Below, piece by piece: positions 53,123 through 59,043 of a stretch of 64,000 bases of DNA. The DNA lies in the NCBI GenBank assembly GCA_002363545.1, contig DEWF01000005.1, positions 44,294 to 108,293 on the forward strand, given 5' to 3'. The first letter of the stretch is position 1. Each line of letters starts with the position of its first letter. Position numbers and translations under genes: made by a program. Under the pieces are notes generated by a model, which saw only the letters and a program-made list of their open reading frames with translations, ran no database searches and was not told where the DNA came from. The DNA comes from Christensenella sp. UBA3217. GTDB lineage: Bacteria > Bacillota > Clostridia > Christensenellales > CAG-1252.

Positions 53123-54168
53123 TGACAGCGCAAATGAATAAAACACAAAAATATTATATTGCATATATGGATATCTTGGGATATAAGGAGTATTTGAAAA
53201 ATAATCCTGACAAAGCTCAAGAGTATTTGAATACAATTCTTGATGCTGTTGAAAGAGCAAAAATAAGTGTGTCAAATTTTGAGAGTAAAACTATGCCCAT
53301 GTATCAAATGGATGGCGGACTTCGGTTAAAGATTTTTTCGGACAATATTTTGCTTTGTATGCCGGTTGGTAATGGTAAAGATGAAATTCGCCGTGCCATT
53401 GTTTTCTTGATTGCAGTGGCTTCTATTCAAAGAGGAATGGTATTGCAACATGGCTTGATTACACGTGGCGGTATTATTTTTGGTGAACTTTTTATAAATG
53501 AAGATATAGTTTTTGGGCAAGGACTAATCGACGCGGTTTCTTTGGAGGCTAAAGCAGAATATCCGTGTATAATAGTATCTGATGAGTTGCCTAAAAAGTT
53601 ACATAGCCTGTTGAGTGATGTAACAGAACAATACAACAAAATAAGAACCCTTATCCAAAATCAAGAACAACACGTCGATTTTAGTTCTGAAGAAAAGAAG
53701 TATTTGGATGATAATTTGGTAAATGTTGCCAAACAGGTTTATTATTATCGCTCTTTGCAAGAATTGATGTTACATTTTGATAAAGAACCAATTTTTCTTA
53801 ATTATTTATTTGACTTATCGTTTACCAATCTTTTTGGAATTGTGTTTGAAAACTATGTTGCTCAAATTGCAAAAAATGAACCCAAAAAGTTTAAAGATTT
53901 GATCGGGACAAACGAAGATTATGCCTCTATATTATTAGCACATAAAGACATTGTAATAAACAAAGCGGTGACGTATTGCCATTATTGTGATATTGATAAG
54001 TCGAATGCTTTGTTAATAGCGGCAAGGGAGAAAGTAATTCGCAAATACATTTGGATGCTTAGGTTCCATATACATATGTGTGAGCGACTAAATTTTAAGC
54101 AAGGCATGTTTGCGTTTCGATTTGGTTGCGATCTAGATGTGTTGCGTCAAATTGTTGAAATTATATAG
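53122..54168 (+). CDS. Nucleotide-cyclase/GGDEF-like palm-domain protein with unknown helical C-domain
   Basis: Ordered motifs YIAYMDILGY, LKIFSDNILL, TRGGIIFGE and FGQGLIDAVSLEAKA resemble class III cyclase metal-Asp and R-x-G..G..N.A.R.E blocks. The start overlaps the helicase stop (TAATG). Confidence 0.5.
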   Translation: MTAQMNKTQKYYIAYMDILGYKEYLKNNPDKAQEYLNTILDAVERAKISVSNFESKTMPMYQMDGGLRLKIFSDNILLCMPVGNGKDEIRRAIVFLIAVASIQRGMVLQHGLITRGGIIFGELFINEDIVFGQGLIDAVSLEAKAEYPCIIVSDELPKKLHSLLSDVTEQYNKIRTLIQNQEQHVDFSSEEKKYLDDNLVNVAKQVYYYRSLQELMLHFDKEPIFLNYLFDLSFTNLFGIVFENYVAQIAKNEPKKFKDLIGTNEDYASILLAHKDIVINKAVTYCHYCDIDKSNALLIAAREKVIRKYIWMLRFHIHMCERLNFKQGMFAFRFGCDLDVLRQIVEII

Positions 54169-54174
54169 TATTAA

Positions 54175-54191
54175 AATCGGGTTTCCCGATT
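54175..54191 (+). terminator. Weak hairpin terminator ending the array
   Basis: AATCGGG-ttt-CCCGATT, followed only by a short T-poor tail. Confidence 0.35.
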
Positions 54192-54340
54192 GTTCGGCGA
54201 GCCGAAGGCGCCGCCATACGAAAAAGCGGATTTTGGCTATTTCCTTATCCTGCTATAGAAAAAAGCCGGATAGCCAAGGAAATAGCTAAAAAATTTTTCA
54301 AAAAAGTGGTAAGGTGTTTGCTACAACGAACACCTTAACC

Positions 54341-54369
54341 TTTACAAAGGCATTTGAAAGTGATATAAT
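54341..54369 (+). promoter_or_regulatory. Promoter of a non-coding transcript
   Basis: TTTACA (54341-54346), 17 nt, TATAAT (54364-54369). No ORF follows. Confidence 0.5.
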
Positions 54370-54373
54370 ATAG

Positions 54374-54601
54374 CTACAAACTGAATACGGGTGACAGGTA
54401 AAATACCATTGTTTGCCGCGAACGTTCGTTAAGCGATTATACTTGGCAGAAGCCGTATTGACTTAAACCGCATAAAAACCCAACAGCGGGCGGAGAGAAC
54501 AGTACGAAACCGCGAACCACGAGACTTCGGGCGAACAGATAGACCTTATTTTTGCGTTGCAGAAACGCGCGTAAGGTTTTGTCTGTTCGCCCTTTGTTTT
54601 T
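54374..54601 (+). ncRNA. Candidate ~230-nt structured RNA of unknown function
   Basis: Bounded by the promoter above and a long terminator hairpin. Internal pairings include AATACGG/CCGTATT and the palindrome CGAACGTTCG. No coding potential in any + frame. Confidence 0.4.
54529..54601 (+). terminator. Long-stem intrinsic terminator
   Basis: GGGCGAACAGA..CCTTA..GCG / CGC..TAAGG..TCTGTTCGCCC, followed by TTTGTTTTT. Confidence 0.7.
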
Positions 54602-54785
54602 AACGGGCATTCGGTTTGAATACAACCACAAGGAGGAATGTGTATGAATGCAAGAGATCGACCACACATCTGACAACCACGAGCGGAAGAAAGTCATTGA
54701 AAGTATTGGGAATCCGTTCCAAAATGGAAGCAGGTAAAGGATTTTCCCAAAATCAATGATTTTCGTTAATCCGACTCGTGGACAA

Positions 54786-54808
54786 GTGGGAAACCCACCT
54801 TTCTTTTT
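54786..54808 (+). terminator. Short hairpin + T-run
   Basis: GTGGG-aaa-CCCAC followed by CTTTCTTTTT. Confidence 0.35.
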
Positions 54809-54844
54809 CGGCAAGTAATTGCCACAAGATGACAGGCCCATATC

Positions 54845-54939
54845 TCTCCGCGCGGAGAAATATTCGTCGTATATATACGAGAAAGAGCTTGACATGCCCT
54901 CGTTAATGGAGTAGAATATAAACAGTCGTATCAATACGA
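54845..54939 (+). promoter_or_regulatory. Promoter of the recombinase module flanked by paired operators
   Basis: TTGACA (54889-54894), 17 nt, TAGAAT (54912-54917). 14-bp palindromes TCGTATATATACGA (54867-54880) and TCGTATCAATACGA (54926-54939), plus TCTCCGCGCGGAGA (54845-54858). Confidence 0.6.
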
Positions 54940-54969
54940 TTAGGATATTTACCTAAGGAGATGAAAAAG

Positions 54970-55266
54970 ATGACGAAACCGAGAGCGGAAAAAGATAAGA
55001 GATATGAGGATAGACACAAGGAAGAACGGAAAGCCAAGTGTATGGTTTGGGGAACGAGCGTTGATCGCAAAGAAGCGGAAAAGATAAACGCATTTCTCGA
55101 AGAGTATGGTTACACGAAAGTCCAATTGATCCGGGCGGGCTATAAAGCATTGATGGACGAAGCCGCTGAACATGATTTAGGATTAGCGAAGATAATGGAT
55201 AAGTACGATGACTTTTTCAGCGGAGAACTTGAAAAGTTTGAGAAACAGAAAAAGGAAGACAAATAA
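54970..55266 (+). CDS. Small basic/acidic protein of the recombinase module (possible regulator or directionality factor)
   Basis: 98 aa. AAGGAG lies 9 nt upstream of the ATG at 54970. Lys/Arg-rich N-terminus and a helical C-terminus. No confident family. Confidence 0.5.
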   Translation: MTKPRAEKDKRYEDRHKEERKAKCMVWGTSVDRKEAEKINAFLEEYGYTKVQLIRAGYKALMDEAAEHDLGLAKIMDKYDDFFSGELEKFEKQKKEDK

Positions 55267-55610
55267 CCTCTTCGGGAGCGAAGAACAGACACTTGACCTA
55301 CGTAGGGAAAAGGATTACGCGAAAGGAGCATTGGCGTAATGGACTCCCTTTAATTTCTTGTGAGAGTGAGGGCAAAAAAATACACCGGATACCCTCACCG
55401 TCCAAAAGGAATGAATAATAAAACACCAAGTAAAGAACGTTGTCACCGTGGATTTAACAAGCGGTGCAAGCAGTAAAACCCCTTGCGACCTGTCGCAAGA
55501 ACAAATCAACAAAAGCGCAAACATATTGGCAAACGTATTGATAGACTTTGTTAAGAACGGCGGAAGCCTTAAAGATCTTACGCCACAACACGTATTCGGG
55601 AGGAAAGGCA

Positions 55611-57152
55611 ATGAATAGAGCGGTCATCTATGCAAGATTCAGTTCTCACAGTCAAACGGAACAGTCCATCGAAGGACAACTTCGCGAGTGCTATGAATAT
55701 GCCAAACGGCAAAACATCGTGATCGTGGGCGAATATATAGACAGAGCCTTGACGGGAACGATGGACAAGCGTCCCAACTTCTTAAAGATGATCGAAGACA
55801 GCAAGAAAAAGACCTTCGACTTCGTTCTCGTCTATCAGTTGGATCGCTTCGCTCGTAACCGATATGACAGCGCAAACTACAAAGCAAAACTCAAAAAGAA
55901 CGGCGTGCGTGTTCTTTCCGCCAAGGAGAATATCAGCAACGACGCAAGCGGTATCCTGATTGAGGGCGTACTGGAAAGTATGGCGGAGTACTACTCCGCC
56001 GAGCTTTCCCAAAAGGTAAAACGCGGTATTAGAGAAAGCTTGACTAAAGGATATTTCATCGGTGGGTACGGACTGTTCGGCTATGACGTCATGGACAAAA
56101 GATGGGTCGTAAACTCTTTTGAAGCGGACGTCGTTCGGGACGTGTTCAATCGTTACAAGAACGGTGAAAAGTTGAACGACATAATCAATAGACTCAATCG
56201 TGATGGTATTAAAACGAAAGCGGGTTCGGCTTTCAATATGAACAGTGTTGCCCGCATGATCCGCAACGAGAAGTATATCGGTCTTGTCCGTTCTAACGGC
56301 AATGTCTATACCAACGTTGTTCCCGCCATCGTGGACGAAAGTCTATTCCGAGAGTGTAACGAAATGATGGACGAACACAAGCACAAACAGCGTGAGTGTA
56401 AAGCGGAGAAGCCGTATATATTGAGCGGTAAACTGTTCTGCGGCTACTGTGGCAGCATGATGACGGCGGAAGCCGGCACAAGCAAAACGGGGAAAGTTCA
56501 CCACTATTACAAGTGCTTCAATCGCAAGAAGAATCCGTCCGCCTGTGGCAAGAAAAGTTACAAGCAAAAGGACTTAGAAGATCTCGTTTTCGACACGACG
56601 GTGGACTATATCTTAAAGCCGAAGGTCATCGACCAAATCGCGCAGATCGTGGTGGAACGCTTCAATGCGGAGATAACCAAATCTGCGAACATTGCCAATC
56701 TCGAAAACGAGCTAAAATCTAAAGAAAAAGCGATAAACGGCTTGCTCACCGCAATGGAACAAGGCGTCGTCACGAAAACGACCAAAGACAGAATGCTCGC
56801 ATTGGAAGCGCAAAAGGAAGAGTTGGAAAGCAAGATCGCATTGGAAAAGGCAAGGCAAATCGAGCCGTTATCTTACGAAACGGTACGCGCTTTCCTGACC
56901 TATTTCGCACGGAAAAAGTACGAAAGCGACGAAGTCAAAAACGAATTCTTTAATTCGTTCATCAATCGTGTTATTCTGTACGACGATAGAGTGCTTATCT
57001 TCTACAACACCGATCCGAACAGTCCGACGACCATCGACACAGCCGAAAACAAAACCATTTGCGATCAATTCAACCAAAACAACGCAAAAGAAAACTCGCT
57101 TGAACCTTCGGGGTTCAAACGAGTTTCACTTGGCGGAGAGATAGGGATTTGA
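55611..57152 (+). CDS. Large serine recombinase (integrase)
   Basis: Resolvase domain AVIYARFSSHSQ (catalytic Ser), VLVYQLDRFARN. Recombinase domain. Zinc ribbon CGYCGSMM...HHYYKC. Coiled-coil C-terminus. GGGAGGAAAGG RBS before 55611. Confidence 0.9.
   Translation: MNRAVIYARFSSHSQTEQSIEGQLRECYEYAKRQNIVIVGEYIDRALTGTMDKRPNFLKMIEDSKKKTFDFVLVYQLDRFARNRYDSANYKAKLKKNGVRVLSAKENISNDASGILIEGVLESMAEYYSAELSQKVKRGIRESLTKGYFIGGYGLFGYDVMDKRWVVNSFEADVVRDVFNRYKNGEKLNDIINRLNRDGIKTKAGSAFNMNSVARMIRNEKYIGLVRSNGNVYTNVVPAIVDESLFRECNEMMDEHKHKQRECKAEKPYILSGKLFCGYCGSMMTAEAGTSKTGKVHHYYKCFNRKKNPSACGKKSYKQKDLEDLVFDTTVDYILKPKVIDQIAQIVVERFNAEITKSANIANLENELKSKEKAINGLLTAMEQGVVTKTTKDRMLALEAQKEELESKIALEKARQIEPLSYETVRAFLTYFARKKYESDEVKNEFFNSFINRVILYDDRVLIFYNTDPNSPTTIDTAENKTICDQFNQNNAKENSLEPSGFKRVSLGGEIGI
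57131..57144. repeat. Right island junction: 14-bp direct repeat (last 14 nt of tRNA-Ser)
   Basis: TGGCGGAGAGATAG is identical to 35920-35933. Confidence 0.8.
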
Positions 57153-57220
57153 ACCCTAGGTACCGGTGAAGGTACGCATGATTTCGAATCATGTGCATTC
57201 GACCTCTCTGCCATCTCTCC
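57131..57220 (-). tRNA. tRNA-Ser (anticodon CGA), CCA encoded
   Basis: Reverse complement GGAGAGATGGCAGAGAGGTCGAATGCACATGATTCGAAATCATGCGTACCTTCACCGGTACCTAGGGTTCAAATCCCTATCTCTCCGCCA. It has a 7-bp acceptor stem, anticodon stem CATGA/TCATG with loop TTCGAAA, a long variable arm GTACC/GGTAC, and a T-arm TAGGG-TTCAAAT-CCCTA. Confidence 0.92.
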
Positions 57221-57232
57221 GTGACATATAAA

Positions 57233-57261
57233 AATATACTACATATTTTGCCTTTTTGCAA
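57233..57261 (-). promoter_or_regulatory. Promoter of tRNA-Ser
   Basis: Minus strand TTGCAA, 17 nt, TATATT, ending about 12 nt upstream of the tRNA 5' end. Confidence 0.5.
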
Positions 57262-57315
57262 GCGGATTTTTGGGGTATGAGGTAAAACCTTTTTTGCAAA
57301 AGAGCAGGGGGTTGT

Positions 57316-57342
57316 GGGAAAAGCAAAAGACAGCGCTTTTGC
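57316..57342 (-). terminator. Terminator of the PNPOx-like gene
   Basis: Minus strand GCAAAAG-cgctgt-CTTTTGC followed by TTTT. Confidence 0.5.
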
Positions 57343-57363
57343 AGTTGGGGAAAAGGGAAAGTC

Positions 57364-57846
57364 TTACTTTTCCCGCACCTTCTTGCCCTGAATGTCCTCA
57401 ACGTGCAAGGCGAGGAGTAGGGTGGCGGGAGCATACTTTTGTATCTCTTCCTCTATGTAGTTTTCGTCCTTGGTAAATTTATAACAAAGGCGGCGGGTGA
57501 TCTTGCGTATTTCCTCTTGATCGGTGATCTTCTCGATCCTGCCGAACACGATCACACTTTTGAACGTAAGCCACCATTCACCCTCCATTCGTTCCCCATC
57601 GTTCATGGCGGTAAAGCACACTTTATCCGAGCGCGCAATACAATCCGCCTTATAGCCGATCTTTCCGCCGTGGAAAAAGACGGTATTGCTCTCCCGATCA
57701 TAAAAGTGGTTGATGGGTTGGGCGTAGGGGTAGCCGTCATCACCGTTGAATGCGAGCACACCGCGAAGAGTGCTTTCGAGCAACGAATAGCATTCATTGC
57801 TCGAAAGCGCCTGCTTGAATCTGGTGAGTTTTCTGAAATTACCCAT
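57364..57846 (-). CDS. Pyridoxamine 5'-phosphate oxidase-family flavoprotein (Nim-like)
   Basis: LRGVLAFNGDDGYPYAQPINHFYD...VFFHGGKIGYK...KSVIVFGR. The ATG at 57846 (MGNFRK) is preferred over 57897. Confidence 0.75.
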   Translation of the reverse strand: MGNFRKLTRFKQALSSNECYSLLESTLRGVLAFNGDDGYPYAQPINHFYDRESNTVFFHGGKIGYKADCIARSDKVCFTAMNDGERMEGEWWLTFKSVIVFGRIEKITDQEEIRKITRRLCYKFTKDENYIEEEIQKYAPATLLLALHVEDIQGKKVREK

Positions 57847-57911
57847 ACGATCGCATCCTTTGTTTTTAGGGACTCTTAGGGACTTTTTAAGGGGCATTGA
57901 CCGCGTTTTTC

Positions 57912-58418
57912 TCAGCGGTCTTCCTCTTGCAGCTTGTCGTAATAGTTATCCAGCGCGATCACGAACGCCACGAAGAAAGCGGCTTTTTCGGTAAGATCGG
58001 TCTCCAAATAGAAGGAATCCTTTACAAGATTGAAGTTTCTGCGAACGTGCGCAACGGGCACGCCGTTTTCCAAAATATCGTAGTGTCTGCCGATGAGGTC
58101 ACCGTCTATCGTGTAATTCAGGTTGAGTCCCGGTGCGGGGATAATATCAAAGTTTTGACGCAGGGAGAAGAACTTACGCTTTTTGAATGTCAAAATGATT
58201 TCTCCCTTTTCATTCATCAAATACACCTTTGGCAAAAGGATGTTGAAGAATCTGTTTCTGATGTTGAAAAGCGGTGTGCGATCAAGGGCGCGAACGGTCT
58301 TAAATTTGGTAAAGGTAAACACGCGTCCCGATACGATAAATACGTCGTTGCCCGCTTCATCGCGCACCGTGCTGGACCCGCCGAAAGAAACGATCTTGTT
58401 TTTGATGGTGTATCTCAT
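57912..58418 (-). CDS. LURP-one-related / YxjI (tubby C-terminal-like) family protein
   Basis: MRYTIKNKIVSFGGSSTVRDEAGNDVFIVSGRVFTF...F.IRNRFF.. repeat pattern. 168 aa. Confidence 0.65.
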   Translation of the reverse strand: MRYTIKNKIVSFGGSSTVRDEAGNDVFIVSGRVFTFTKFKTVRALDRTPLFNIRNRFFNILLPKVYLMNEKGEIILTFKKRKFFSLRQNFDIIPAPGLNLNYTIDGDLIGRHYDILENGVPVAHVRRNFNLVKDSFYLETDLTEKAAFFVAFVIALDNYYDKLQEEDR

Positions 58419-58485
58419 AAGATACCTCCTTGATTTGTTTTCAAGGATAGTTTATCGCATATCACCTAAAAAATCAACGGTCTTT

Positions 58486-58905
58486 TCACTCTTCGGCGTT
58501 TTCTTGTGCGTCCGCATCCGCTTTGGTGCGTTGCAGGGTGCCGATCGGGTGCTTGGGCGGGGCATACACGGAAAAAACTTTCAAGGGTATTCGCCCGTCA
58601 TTATACACGTTGTGATAGGTTCCTGCCGGCACGAGAATGCCATCTCCCATTTCGGCGTCCCCCACATATTCGAGATCGCTCGCCTCACTGCCCATAAACA
58701 CCGCCGCCGAGCCTTGTTCCACCACCAAAAGTTGGTCAAGATCAAGGTGGATCTCTTTGCCCACCTCACCGCCTACGGGGATTGCCATAACGGTGATCTG
58801 CAAGTGCTCTCCCGTCCACAATTCTCGTCTGAAATAGTCGTTGTACAGCGTGGCTTTTCTAAGGTTCACCACGCCTCCTCTTCCCGATAAACGAACTTTG
58901 TCCAT
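58486..58905 (-). CDS. Cupin-domain protein
   Basis: GGEVGKEIHLDLDQLLVVEQG...ILVPAGTYHNVYN (G-x5-H-x-H.. / P-x-G-x2-H-x3-N pattern). Confidence 0.75.
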   Translation of the reverse strand: MDKVRLSGRGGVVNLRKATLYNDYFRRELWTGEHLQITVMAIPVGGEVGKEIHLDLDQLLVVEQGSAAVFMGSEASDLEYVGDAEMGDGILVPAGTYHNVYNDGRIPLKVFSVYAPPKHPIGTLQRTKADADAQENAEE

Positions 58906-59007
58906 ATGTCCTCCTTTTTTTGTATTTTATGCGAATAAATCCAAAAAGTTTTCCCAAAACCCCCGCTTTTCTCGCGCGGAAGAAAAATTAAATTATTATT
59001 AATTCCC

Positions 59008-59036
59008 TTGTATTCGCTTATGTGCTATGTTAAAAT
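59008..59036 (+). promoter_or_regulatory. Promoter abutting the start of the second giant surface-protein gene (possible leaderless mRNA)
   Basis: TTGTAT, 17 nt, TAAAAT (59031-59036). The ATG at 59044 is 7 nt downstream, with no SD. Confidence 0.4.
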
Positions 59037-59043
59037 GCAAAGT

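Larger units (their letters stand above)
35920..57144. mobile_element. About 21.2-kb integrative genomic (defence) island in tRNA-Ser(CGA), with large serine recombinase
   Basis: Flanking 14-bp direct repeats, a recombinase at the tRNA-proximal edge, sequence that is AT-richer by eye than the flanks, defence/conflict cargo, and an IS remnant. Confidence 0.8.

Noticed and set aside
54437-54934. 165-aa minus-strand ORF in the island's non-coding region
   Set aside because: It has odd composition (F/S/L/C/W-rich) and no RBS. It spans a + strand promoter, terminators and palindromic operators. The region is better explained as regulatory or ncRNA sequence.
35920-57144. Whether the island is a prophage or an ICE
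   Set aside because: I found no capsid, tail, terminase, portal or lysis genes, and no relaxase or type IV secretion genes. It is better described as an integrative (possibly mobilisable) defence island.
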